Positions 10,201 to 19,689 of a stretch of 64,000 nt of DNA are shown piece after piece; within the stretch, counting starts at the first letter, position 1, and every line of letters begins with the position of its first letter. Source of the DNA: a virus. Location: IMG/VR virus record IMGVR_UViG_3300033821_000019, positions 14,381 to 78,380 of that record; one strand, written 5' to 3'. The position numbers were made by a program, and so were the translations under genes. The notes under the pieces were generated by a model. It was not told the origin of the DNA. It saw nothing but the letters and a program-made list of their open reading frames with translations, and ran no database searches.

Positions 10201-11082
10201 TTATAATATAATGCTGCCTCTGCGCTGCGATTTACTCTTATATAAGACAGGTTGTGATGATAAAATTTGGAAAAATGTCTTCGTGTCAGGAGAATCCAAC
10301 TTATTAAAATCGAATTCCACCTCACACCATATTGGCCTATAGTAAAGAGTCATATGAGACGGAATAATCATTATTTGACCTGTAGTACGCATAGCTTCTT
10401 CTTTTTCATCCACACGTAAAGGATTCAATTGCAAATTCTTATGAGTGGTGAAGTCAGATATACAATCCAGCATATCCGTAGCATGTTCTACTTTTGCAAT
10501 TTCTTTCTCGACAATCTTCAATCGTTCTTTTGAAGATTTAGTAGGTATCAATGTAGATTCATCACCCTCTTTATAGTGATAGCCTGCCCAATCCAGCCAA
10601 ATGCCATGATTGGTTCTTACTGCCGTATCTTTAGGCTCTATCTTTTCGTACTTATGGATATACTTATCGTCTTTAAAGGATGCTTCCAACAGATATGCTG
10701 TTTCTGCATCCCAACAAATTGTGTTACCCGGCAATTTATTTTCTATACACGATTCTAAAGCATTTTTGACAGACTTTTCCAACAGTGCCCTTCTTATTAT
10801 TTTACCCTCTGGAGAGTAAAAATTGGACTTTTCTTTCTTCTTTTGTTCAGCTTCTTTTCCCTCATCTTCATCATGAGCCACAGCCATAGCTGAATTAAGT
10901 ATGCTTACCCCATGTTCATTCAAACCTTCAGCATATTTTGTCTTATCATCCCAAATGAATTCGCGCTCTATATTCTCACGAAATGACTGTTTGATGTAGA
11001 TAGTCGGATAGTAGTTTCTATCACGGTTTTTTACACCAACCCAACCATCATTTTTGAAATATTTGAGTGCTACAATACACAT
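10201..11082 (-). CDS. Ntn-hydrolase superfamily protein (Cys N-terminal nucleophile; NRDE/C45-like)
   Basis: M-C-I-V start, KNRDR, EGLNEHGV, VRTNH motifs. Confidence 0.7.
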   Translation of the reverse strand: MCIVALKYFKNDGWVGVKNRDRNYYPTIYIKQSFRENIEREFIWDDKTKYAEGLNEHGVSILNSAMAVAHDEDEGKEAEQKKKEKSNFYSPEGKIIRRALLEKSVKNALESCIENKLPGNTICWDAETAYLLEASFKDDKYIHKYEKIEPKDTAVRTNHGIWLDWAGYHYKEGDESTLIPTKSSKERLKIVEKEIAKVEHATDMLDCISDFTTHKNLQLNPLRVDEKEEAMRTTGQIMIIPSHMTLYYRPIWCEVEFDFNKLDSPDTKTFFQILSSQPVLYKSKSQRRGSIIL

Positions 11083-11093
11083 CACTTGCCCCT

Positions 11094-11606
11094 CTACTTC
11101 ACATGATACGGTTTGATAACTGAATCATCCAACATCCTTCTCATGCCTGAAGACAGCCTTAATAGTTTCACTACCTTGCTTCGCAGAAAAGGCTTGTCTT
11201 TGAAATCTGTCTCCGAATCCTGTACACACTTTAAAAAAGCGTCCGTTTCTTTGGCATATTGGGCTATCTTGGCATTGAAACTCTGCGCAGCGTTGATAAC
11301 CTTTTTTTGCGTTTGTTCTTTCTTTTCCTCCTCTTGCTTCTGCTTTACTTCGCTTAATTTCTCAAGACTTTTGGCTTTCTTCAACTTGCGTTGTTCAAAC
11401 TGTGTGTTGACCAATGCCGTTCTTTGTTCATGGCGCTCTTTCGCTTCTTCCATTTGACGAAGCAAAGGATGACCGGGCGGCAAATCAGCCAAATCACCTA
11501 AATTTCTTACTCTTTCACCCTTTTCCTCACCAGCAAGCGTTTCTTCTGCTTTCTTGACTGCCGCAACTAAACCAGCGTCAAGCTTTTTAATCGGTGCTGT
11601 GGCCAT
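11094..11606 (-). CDS. Hypothetical coiled-coil protein
   Basis: 170-aa K/E/Q-rich ORF. Confidence 0.65.
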   Translation of the reverse strand: MATAPIKKLDAGLVAAVKKAEETLAGEEKGERVRNLGDLADLPPGHPLLRQMEEAKERHEQRTALVNTQFEQRKLKKAKSLEKLSEVKQKQEEEKKEQTQKKVINAAQSFNAKIAQYAKETDAFLKCVQDSETDFKDKPFLRSKVVKLLRLSSGMRRMLDDSVIKPYHVK

Positions 11607-11607
11607 G

Positions 11608-12210
11608 TTACACGCTTTGTCCTAATATAATGTAGTCACCTTCATCATCATGGCTTGTCTTGAATAGACAATAACCATTCCATGCATGAGCCGGTGTCTC
11701 CTTTTCCGAAGTAAACAAACCATTTTCACTAATGTACAAATCCGCTCCCGGCGTATAAACCAATGGAGCACCTAGAACGGGATTATGTCGTTTTGCTTTG
11801 TTCAACTTCTCAAACCAATAAACCTTAAAAATACCTTCTGAAGCAATACACGCTACTGCTACACGAGTACCAGCACTTTGCAACAACCCTTGTTTATCAA
11901 AAGAATATTGTATACCAGCATCTTTAGCAGTCCAATCCTTGTGCGTATCTCCACCGGGCCTACCATTAGTATCCCACATATCAGATAATTGTTCTACTGG
12001 CTGTTTGTGTTGTGGGCCATAAAGCATGAAACCAAGATTGCGTCCTGTTTCATCAGTTCTCTCTACACGACAAACAGCCCTGCTATAATTTGATGCTGGC
12101 GTGGCAACTATCCTAACCCATGTACCGGCAACCCAACCATTTGACATATTGCCAGAAGGCTCTACAGGCAATGTTACTTCGCCAGATAATTGATATACTT
12201 GGTCGCCCAA
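11608..12210 (-). CDS. Hypothetical beta-rich protein, possible head decoration protein
   Basis: TTG start with GGAG RBS; YTPGADLYISENGLFT resembles decoration-protein motifs (weak). Confidence 0.55.
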   Translation of the reverse strand: MGDQVYQLSGEVTLPVEPSGNMSNGWVAGTWVRIVATPASNYSRAVCRVERTDETGRNLGFMLYGPQHKQPVEQLSDMWDTNGRPGGDTHKDWTAKDAGIQYSFDKQGLLQSAGTRVAVACIASEGIFKVYWFEKLNKAKRHNPVLGAPLVYTPGADLYISENGLFTSEKETPAHAWNGYCLFKTSHDDEGDYIILGQSV

Positions 12211-12266
12211 AATTCATACTCCTTCTGGCCACACTACATATTATCAATTATCAACTTATTATCTAA

Positions 12267-13019
12267 TCACTCTTTCAGATTCATTATTTTTCCATCTTTT
12301 ATATAGCCCTTTTCCAAATCCGGCAGTAAATAGTGTTTTCTTAGTGTAGCTGGCCCATGTCCTACTTTTTCTGCCACATTTTTGATAATCTCATTAAACT
12401 TCTTTTGCCGGTCTTTTTCTTCCTTGATACTGTTTTGGCGCTTCAAGCATTCTATTACCATGCGGTTTGCTGAGTAACCGCGCATATCTTTGGCAGTCAC
12501 TTCAAACTCATCAAGGTAACGATTGATTTTGTCGGCTTTGATTTTGAATCCGTCTTTCGTCACCATCACGAAAGAATCAGGCTTATCTGCTCTCTTTAAC
12601 AGTCCTGACAATATTTTGGCTATGGTTTCATTAGTGAATTCTTTTTCATGCTCTACAGACGACTTGCCTACATAATTCAGCATTACTTTGGAACCTTCGA
12701 CTTTAATATGTTTCTTCTTCAAACCAGTGATGCCAACATGGTCTTCTTCTGCTGATGCATCATTGCCCACACGCTCCGCTGTCTTATCCATCATGGCCAC
12801 AACCAATGCAGTTAATTGTGTCTTTTCATCTTCGTTTTTTAAATCACGTGTCACTTTGTTTCTCAGACCTTGTATATTCTGAGAAATCGTATGCACCGCG
12901 TCTATCTTTTTCTTGGCACGCTCTTTCTCTGCGTCTGTTAAATCTTTAGCTTTGCCAAATTCACCGCGCAGTAATTTGGCGACATGCAAAAGTTCTCTAG
13001 CTATGTGTATTTTATTCAT
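12267..13019 (-). CDS. Type IB DNA topoisomerase catalytic-domain protein
   Basis: ERVGN, YVGKS, TAKDMR, VGH...LRKHY give the R-K-R-H-Y catalytic pentad; N-terminal IARELLHVAK tag. Confidence 0.8.
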   Translation of the reverse strand: MNKIHIARELLHVAKLLRGEFGKAKDLTDAEKERAKKKIDAVHTISQNIQGLRNKVTRDLKNEDEKTQLTALVVAMMDKTAERVGNDASAEEDHVGITGLKKKHIKVEGSKVMLNYVGKSSVEHEKEFTNETIAKILSGLLKRADKPDSFVMVTKDGFKIKADKINRYLDEFEVTAKDMRGYSANRMVIECLKRQNSIKEEKDRQKKFNEIIKNVAEKVGHGPATLRKHYLLPDLEKGYIKDGKIMNLKE

Positions 13020-13022
13020 TGT

Positions 13023-16000
13023 TTAGTACATCCTACCATGTGGAGAGTTTCTTCCACCAAAACTCTTGCCACCAATCAAAGGACGCTGCAAATTAATGCC
13101 ATGTTTCAATATTTTGTTCGCAGCAAAACTGTTTAATGAACTAGTTCCTACAGCTTGTTGACCCGATACTATAACTGCGCCGTTTTTGCCCACAAGAGAA
13201 GTAATATTAGCCGGTCTTTGTTTGTAGTTGGTATAACATTCCCAAATAGCTCTGGCGATAGCGTCTGAAATGTCATCATGCGAGCCAGCCTTTTTAGGCG
13301 CTCGTACAATAATTCTGTTTTTAGCTTTTCTCTCGGCTTCCAAACTCAACAATTCTGGAATCGCTATGGGATGGTCTATCAGTTCTACCATACCTGCCGC
13401 ATATAAGTCTTTGAATATCATGTAGATTTCGCTATTCAAAGTTTCAGTCACGTTCTCCATATGAAACTGTTTTAGATTCATTTCATACAATTTTTCCATC
13501 AAACTATAGCCATTGAATTGGTCAAACCATCCTGATTTGATAGGGAACCACTTTACCAATTCTTGAATTTCTTTGGCCATGTCAGAGACTTGTATCAATT
13601 CCTGTTTGGCAAATTTATTGCAACTGGAATATATGCTTTGGTCACGCTCCCAAACATCGGAAGAACCTGAGTAAAATACATCAGCATAATCAACAATGAT
13701 TTTATTAGTCGCATCTTCTTTATGAACAATACCTATGGCTGCTCCGTCATTCTTAATGCCCAAGTCAATTCCCATGAAGTAAGTAGTGCCCACCTGACCA
13801 CGACTAGACATTGTTCTGTTAACGTTGATGCACTTCTTAAATTCATTTTCGTCCTCAATCCATGCGGTGATTGAATCGCTGAACTCACCACCATATTCGC
13901 ACATGAAACCAACTCTATTCCTGCGTCGTTCTGTCTTGAGTACAACAGGGTCTACTTGCGGGTTTACCATAGCTGAATACATTTTGAACATCAACGTAGT
14001 ATCGTTTTCATCAAAACTTTCCAAATAACGGTCATAGAACTTGCCGTATTTGGCATAAGGCGAACTGATACAAATAATCTTACCTTCACCTCTAAAAGTA
14101 GTTGTTGAAGGTGTCAAGGCTTTATAGACTTCATCACCTGAAAATCTACCACCATTGTCAATGAAGAATGCCATTTCGTCCATGATAACCGTAAGAGCAT
14201 TTCTACCACGCAAAGAGTTAGATGAACAACCACCAGCCAAACAAGTTAATGAAGCTACCTTTCTTCCAGCAACCTTCATATCTGTATCAGTCTGAAGATT
14301 GAAATATGACTGTGTTCTGTTGACAGTTCTATCACGCAAATATGGGCAATTCATAGATAACTTCATAGTTTGGTCAAATACCACGCCTGCCTGTTCGTCT
14401 GTTGGAGCCACATTCATAATGACAATGGATTGCTGTGGAGGGAAATTATAATAAGAAGAAGGGTCACCACGTTTAATCAGCTTATACAATTCATAAGCTG
14501 ATATGCAAGAAGACATTGTGCTATTATGAGAAATAATATCACCACCTATAATGTGTGTGTCATCAACACATAAATCTATAGTTTGCAATTCGCCAACCTG
14601 TTTTATTGATTTAACAGCATCCCACAGTACGTCAGAACAACACATATCTATTATGAATTTATCATTCAATTTCTCTCCATACGCTATTGCTTTATATCTT
14701 GTGGGGGCATATTGAGGACGAATTCTGCATTTATCTTCTGGTCCAATAATGTCTCTATGTGATAGACTGGCTTCATCGCGTAACCGTTCTATTCTGTTAA
14801 CTACTCCTTTTGGCAATGTATAACAAAGATTTGTAGTATTCTTTGCATTGCTTCTTAGATTAACAACTTGTTTAACTTTTTCTTCCTTCAAAAAGATATT
14901 TATTTCTGTTTGAAAATTTCTTAAAGACGACATCTCATATATGCTTAATGTATTCGCATGAAATCTTTTTCCATTGCAAAGAGCCATCTTTTCAGTCAAT
15001 GATGTTAAAATTCCAAATTTAAGAAGAAGATGCTTTAATCCTTGGACAAGATTATCAGAAGCGGAACAATATCCGATTTCATGTCCAGTAGCCCAACCAT
15101 CACAAGAATATATTCTTGAAATGAATGCTGAAATTTCTTCTTTTGGTGCTTGTAAAATACATTCTGGTACAAATTTATGTTTTGACTTATACCCAAATAC
15201 TCCTATTTCTTGCAACCATAATTTGACTTGATTTATATGTCTCTTCTTTTTCCCATCTTTATGAGTAATACTATATCCGTAATTTTTCTTGCCTCTTTTC
15301 TTAATTAAGTAACCGGGGAATTCAATATCAAGTATTGACTGAATTTCTTCTACTTTTTTAATATCTTTTGTAGTGAACCCGACATCACATGTTATGCCTC
15401 CATCACCTAACAAATAACCCAATAACTTTGCTCTATTAATTCCAATCGTCTTTTGTCCGAACATAGCATTCGATTTAGCGACAGCTATTCTGTCACTAAT
15501 TTTTAGCTCGCTCAAATCAATAAATTTTGGTTGTTCCCAATCATCCCTCCAAACTAAATAAGGATGATTGCCAGATGATATTTCTTCAATGCCTGTTTGT
15601 GTCTTCAATTTATAGCAAGGTTTAACTCCATTATCCCAAATCTTAAAATCATAAGTAATGCTCTTCACTAAATTATCTGGTTTGTATGTAGTGATTCCAA
15701 CTTTTTCTTTATTATTTTTTCTTTTTAGCAGTTCTCCAAAAGTAATAGAACCAACAGTAGTCGGTATTAAATCATTAACATATCTACATTTTCCTGCTCT
15801 TCTTCCAAGTACCAATACCAATTCACGAAATTGCATACCTTCTATTGTATCGGTATTACATCTTTTTTCATGGTATAGCCACTTCAAAAAGGCTTTCTCG
15901 GTGAAGCGATAAAGAATTTTGTCATTGACCAAATCAGGAACTTCGATAGTTTCTTCTGTGTCGTCTAATTTCAATCCATAATAGCATTTTAAGATGAAAC

Positions 16001-16130
16001 GCTGTGCTGGAAACAGCTTGATGCCTAATCCCCAAGGAGCTTCGATAAAAGTGATAGCATCAACAATATCAGTATTGTTGCCGGTCAAAAAGGATTCGGC
16101 AAGCTTCTTCATAAAGTCGTCGTTTGCCAT
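13023..16130 (-). CDS. terL: Terminase large subunit, intein-containing
   Basis: Walker A GRRAGK|S, Walker B VIMDEMAF, ISSP coupling motif, RNase H-like GIDLG and HDDISD; ATG at 16130 with GGAGAGG RBS. Confidence 0.92.
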   Translation of the reverse strand: MANDDFMKKLAESFLTGNNTDIVDAITFIEAPWGLGIKLFPAQRFILKCYYGLKLDDTEETIEVPDLVNDKILYRFTEKAFLKWLYHEKRCNTDTIEGMQFRELVLVLGRRAGKCRYVNDLIPTTVGSITFGELLKRKNNKEKVGITTYKPDNLVKSITYDFKIWDNGVKPCYKLKTQTGIEEISSGNHPYLVWRDDWEQPKFIDLSELKISDRIAVAKSNAMFGQKTIGINRAKLLGYLLGDGGITCDVGFTTKDIKKVEEIQSILDIEFPGYLIKKRGKKNYGYSITHKDGKKKRHINQVKLWLQEIGVFGYKSKHKFVPECILQAPKEEISAFISRIYSCDGWATGHEIGYCSASDNLVQGLKHLLLKFGILTSLTEKMALCNGKRFHANTLSIYEMSSLRNFQTEINIFLKEEKVKQVVNLRSNAKNTTNLCYTLPKGVVNRIERLRDEASLSHRDIIGPEDKCRIRPQYAPTRYKAIAYGEKLNDKFIIDMCCSDVLWDAVKSIKQVGELQTIDLCVDDTHIIGGDIISHNSTMSSCISAYELYKLIKRGDPSSYYNFPPQQSIVIMNVAPTDEQAGVVFDQTMKLSMNCPYLRDRTVNRTQSYFNLQTDTDMKVAGRKVASLTCLAGGCSSNSLRGRNALTVIMDEMAFFIDNGGRFSGDEVYKALTPSTTTFRGEGKIICISSPYAKYGKFYDRYLESFDENDTTLMFKMYSAMVNPQVDPVVLKTERRRNRVGFMCEYGGEFSDSITAWIEDENEFKKCINVNRTMSSRGQVGTTYFMGIDLGIKNDGAAIGIVHKEDATNKIIVDYADVFYSGSSDVWERDQSIYSSCNKFAKQELIQVSDMAKEIQELVKWFPIKSGWFDQFNGYSLMEKLYEMNLKQFHMENVTETLNSEIYMIFKDLYAAGMVELIDHPIAIPELLSLEAERKAKNRIIVRAPKKAGSHDDISDAIARAIWECYTNYKQRPANITSLVGKNGAVIVSGQQAVGTSSLNSFAANKILKHGINLQRPLIGGKSFGGRNSPHGRMY
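14523..15788 (-). mobile_element. Intein (422 aa) with LAGLIDADG endonuclease inserted in the TerL Walker A motif
   Basis: GK|CRYVND...IISHN|ST; SGNHP block B; LGYLLGDG and IYSCDG endonuclease motifs. Confidence 0.92.
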
Positions 16131-16211
16131 TATCCTCTCCCTGAAACAAATTTGCAGAAGGCACCTTTTAACAGAAAGCACCTTCTGCAAATCACCTCCT
16201 AAAAACGGTGC

Positions 16212-16721
16212 TTACTTAATCCAAACGTTGCCATAACTCTTCAATGCTTTATCCTTGCTCAAGAACTTACCACAACCATCTGATAGACCGCCCAAAAATG
16301 CCTTGATATAACCAACTTGTTCTGCCTTCAAAAACGTTCCAGCATCAGGAATCGGCAACATTGCATCCAATGCTACTGAAATCGCCAAAATAGCCTCTTT
16401 AACTTCATCCTTCACGTTTTTGAACAATGAAGCGTCAATCATTTGTTGCACTTCTGCTGACGAAGGCAACGTATCTCCGCTTAAATAAGGGAGTAGAACA
16501 TCGCCAATGTTCTGTTTCAATGCAGCAGCACACTCACCAGCCGAAGCCGCATCCTTCTTTGCCCACTGTTGTAGACCATAAAAAGCGCCATTGCTACCAG
16601 CCAACTTCAATCCGGCAGTAATAATAGCAGGGTCAATCTTTGGAGCATCACAACCCGGAATTACAACCAAAGCACCACCAACTGCTGCTGCACCTAAGAA
16701 CATTCTGCGGTCCATATTCAT
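16212..16721 (-). CDS. Twin-arginine (Tat) signal lipoprotein
   Basis: DRRMFLGAAAVGGALVVIPG|C: RRxFL motif, hydrophobic stretch, lipobox Cys. Confidence 0.7.
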   Translation of the reverse strand: MNMDRRMFLGAAAVGGALVVIPGCDAPKIDPAIITAGLKLAGSNGAFYGLQQWAKKDAASAGECAAALKQNIGDVLLPYLSGDTLPSSAEVQQMIDASLFKNVKDEVKEAILAISVALDAMLPIPDAGTFLKAEQVGYIKAFLGGLSDGCGKFLSKDKALKSYGNVWIK

Positions 16722-16756
16722 TTCCTCCTAATTTTGTCTGCGTGTTAGCAGAACGG

Positions 16757-17341
16757 TTATTTTTGCAACCCACTAAGAGCGGTAATTTCTTCTCTTAGTT
16801 CTTTTTTCCAATTGTCCATACTGGCACCCAAGTTCCTGAAAAATACGTCCGATACTTCGTCTTGATAGTTCAAGTTCTTAAAGGTCTTCCTTACCTTGCC
16901 CATAAAATATTGAAACACTATTCTCATGGACGGGGAATCTAAATCTATGCCATGTTCTTTCTCAAACAACTGCTTCGCCTGTGCTGCTTTGATAACCTGT
17001 GCAAGAACTGCCGCCCGTTTTTCCGAAATAATCGTTGCATCTCTCAAACTGCCATTTTGCGTAGCGATTAGTTCATTGCCCAATAAATTATCTGTCTCTT
17101 TAATCACTTCATCTATTAAAGCAGTTACAAGGCTTTCAATATTGTCTTTTCCTTCTAACTTCAATCTTTCAGAAAGACTAGAAACGCCATTGTGGTATTT
17201 CTTTACTAATTGGTCACGATGTTCCACCACATCATGAGGGACGTGATTTAATTTGTCAGGCGGTAATACTTCCACTGCCTGTGTTGTTTGCAATGGAAAC
17301 GTTATATCTGCTTTATCAAACTCGTTTTTTTCTTCATTCAT
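16757..17341 (-). CDS. Hypothetical helical protein, candidate terminase small subunit
   Basis: 194 aa, helical, two genes upstream of terL; positional inference only. Confidence 0.4.
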   Translation of the reverse strand: MNEEKNEFDKADITFPLQTTQAVEVLPPDKLNHVPHDVVEHRDQLVKKYHNGVSSLSERLKLEGKDNIESLVTALIDEVIKETDNLLGNELIATQNGSLRDATIISEKRAAVLAQVIKAAQAKQLFEKEHGIDLDSPSMRIVFQYFMGKVRKTFKNLNYQDEVSDVFFRNLGASMDNWKKELREEITALSGLQK

Positions 17342-17353
17342 ATTGTCTTCCTA

Positions 17354-18763
17354 TTAGAAGTCGAAACTACCCTTGTTGTCTACATCCAATTTTTTAGCTT
17401 CCTTCTTCTGCTTTGCTATTTGAATTATATCCGTATCCTTGAACTCCTCTTCCATAAATGTAGAAGGGTCAATGTCAATTTCACACATTGGCGTAGACAA
17501 TTCTATCTCATTATCAACCGGACTTTCACAAATATCAAGTGGTGCCATAGCCGAATCGTCATTGATATCTACCTCTGTAAATAAGTCGGGATTGACAGCA
17601 TTGACATCAAGTTGTTCTACAGTGGAATCTTCATTAACATTTATGTCTGAGAACAATGAAGGATTTACCGGGTTCACGTCAAGTTCTGGCTCTACAGTGT
17701 TGTCAATTACATTTACATCAGAGAACAACGAAGGATTTGTCGGGTCTACATCCAGTTCTGCGTTTGCTTTTTTGTCTACTTTCACTGGAACTTCCGGCAA
17801 TGATACTTCTTTGATATCGGGGTCTACTACCATCTTGCCTACTTCAAGAGTTGACATCTTTGGTGTTTCTGAAATCTTCAACTCTGCTTTCTTAACGGCC
17901 TTTAAAACTTGAACTACGAGTTTAGAAGCCTTGACAACATGCTCTTTGCTATCTACTCTTTCCGCATACTTTTTATCTTCGGCGTGTTTCCTCTTTTCAA
18001 TGAGCTTGAATGCACACTTGAGTTGCTGATAAGGCTTCAAGGAAGACTTGCGTATAGCTTCAACATCGTCTTCTGTGATATTGCCAACAGTGGCCAAATC
18101 AATCAAGGTGTCATTTTTCCAATGTTCATCTACATCCTGATAACCAGCCATAATAGGCATCATCAATTCTTTGCAATATGCCACTGTGCCGGGTTCTTTA
18201 TCTTCTTCGGCATTCAAGAAAGAATCAACGGCATTCTTAGAAGAATTGACTATTTTGGAGGACAGGATTTCTTTTGAACCCATTGGTAAATTCACAACGT
18301 CTTTCTTATAGCCAAGTACATATTTCACAAATCTCTTGTATGGAGATTGCGAAACATCAACCAAAGCAGCTTGTATGTCTTTATATCCAGTCACGTCCAC
18401 AGCTATACATCCCAAAATACCTTCACTAGCCAAGACAGGCTTGAGATGGGGGATAGCCAAATCTACATCTTTCTTGGCATAGCTGTCATACAATTGTTTC
18501 ATGACGCCAGCGGCCATTTGACCCTGATTCAGATAATTTCTCGCCTTTTGTACAATGACAGACGTATTGTTTCTGTCAACGGGAGTAGGAACTATCTGTT
18601 CTTGTTTTTCGGCATATTTGGGGTCAATGTCTTGAGTGCCCCATTGCACTTCAAGGTCATCTTTTTTGTTATTGTCCTTGTCTTTTGGCTCAAAACCTTC
18701 TTCATTTAACAACCATTGGAAGTCGTTAAGCGAGCCTTCCTTCAGCATAGACTTTAAGTTCAT
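17354..18763 (-). CDS. Hypothetical protein with three acidic ELDVxPxNPSLFSD repeats
   Basis: 469-aa ORF; internal repeats visible in translation. Confidence 0.7.
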   Translation of the reverse strand: MNLKSMLKEGSLNDFQWLLNEEGFEPKDKDNNKKDDLEVQWGTQDIDPKYAEKQEQIVPTPVDRNNTSVIVQKARNYLNQGQMAAGVMKQLYDSYAKKDVDLAIPHLKPVLASEGILGCIAVDVTGYKDIQAALVDVSQSPYKRFVKYVLGYKKDVVNLPMGSKEILSSKIVNSSKNAVDSFLNAEEDKEPGTVAYCKELMMPIMAGYQDVDEHWKNDTLIDLATVGNITEDDVEAIRKSSLKPYQQLKCAFKLIEKRKHAEDKKYAERVDSKEHVVKASKLVVQVLKAVKKAELKISETPKMSTLEVGKMVVDPDIKEVSLPEVPVKVDKKANAELDVDPTNPSLFSDVNVIDNTVEPELDVNPVNPSLFSDINVNEDSTVEQLDVNAVNPDLFTEVDINDDSAMAPLDICESPVDNEIELSTPMCEIDIDPSTFMEEEFKDTDIIQIAKQKKEAKKLDVDNKGSFDF

Positions 18764-18803
18764 CTTCTCGTCTCCTATTACTTTTGGCTATTGCCTATAC
18801 CGT

Positions 18804-19061
18804 TTATTCTTCAGTTTCTTCCAATTCATCGGCAGACAAAATATCAGTGTCAAAAACTGGCGTTATGGATTTTTTATCTTTAGAGAGCTTCCACAAAGCA
18901 TTAGTGGATTTGTGGATAAGCAAATTCTCTCCCGCCATGATGAATAACTCACGTGCCTTCTTTGTGTTTGGAAGGCTTGCTATTTTCTTCTTCTTGTTGA
19001 CAATGGTTTCGTCAATACCAAGCGAGCTATGCCACTCAAAACTCTCTAAGAAGTCTTTCAT
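18804..19061 (-). CDS. Hypothetical protein
   Basis: 85 aa; first gene after a late-type promoter motif. Confidence 0.65.
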   Translation of the reverse strand: MKDFLESFEWHSSLGIDETIVNKKKKIASLPNTKKARELFIMAGENLLIHKSTNALWKLSKDKKSITPVFDTDILSADELEETEE

Positions 19062-19116
19062 AGGTGAACACTCCCCGCCCGAAGCTGTAAATAGACTAAC
19101 CCCTACCCACTATTAA

Positions 19117-19132
19117 ATATCAAAAAAATATG
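19117..19132 (-). promoter_or_regulatory. Representative of promoter class B (late-like), cATAwtTTTTT(G/T)ATA; ~9 sites
   Basis: sites at 2662, 19117, 29082, 31733, 34794(+), 38036, 45204, 46468, 57635 with fixed spacing, upstream of genes. Confidence 0.55.
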
Positions 19133-19140
19133 ACGACTGC

Positions 19141-19689
19141 CTACTTTTTGTAGAAACGCCTTACGATATTGAGGTTGTCATGGATAAATGAGAAGATTTC
19201 ATATACATCCCAATGCTTGTTCTTTTCCAACTGTTTAATAGCCTTTTCGTATTTATACCTTATTTTGATTTGTTGCTGCCGCAATATTTTCGATGTACAA
19301 GTCAAAGAAGTGGTGTAAAACATAAGAGTCAAAATCTCAAGTATTTCAGGGTCATACATAGCACCTTTGATGTCTAAAAAGTTTAAATAGATATCCCTGA
19401 TTTGATGCAAATAATGAATGAATTGAAGTCGCTTCCTGATTCGGCGGATGTCATAACACAAGGAAGGCTGGCTACGGTTCAGAATCTTTTGAACATGATT
19501 CTGTTTGAGCCGACTTATAAACATCAAAAAAAGGATGTCGCGGTCTTTGTTGTTCAAAAACTTGAAGATGTGACCAAACTCTTTAGCCTGTTCTGCGCTA
19601 AAGGACGGCAAAGAAGACTTACCTCTTTCCAAGCCGCTTTCGTTTGCGTCTAATCTTTCTAGGTTTTGTCCTACATACTTTATACGCAT
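19141..19689 (-). CDS. Sigma-70 region-4-like HTH protein
   Basis: LNNKDRDILFLMF...KQNHVQKILNRSQPSLCYDIRRIRKRL matches the region-4 HTH pattern. Confidence 0.55.
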   Translation of the reverse strand: MRIKYVGQNLERLDANESGLERGKSSLPSFSAEQAKEFGHIFKFLNNKDRDILFLMFISRLKQNHVQKILNRSQPSLCYDIRRIRKRLQFIHYLHQIRDIYLNFLDIKGAMYDPEILEILTLMFYTTSLTCTSKILRQQQIKIRYKYEKAIKQLEKNKHWDVYEIFSFIHDNLNIVRRFYKK

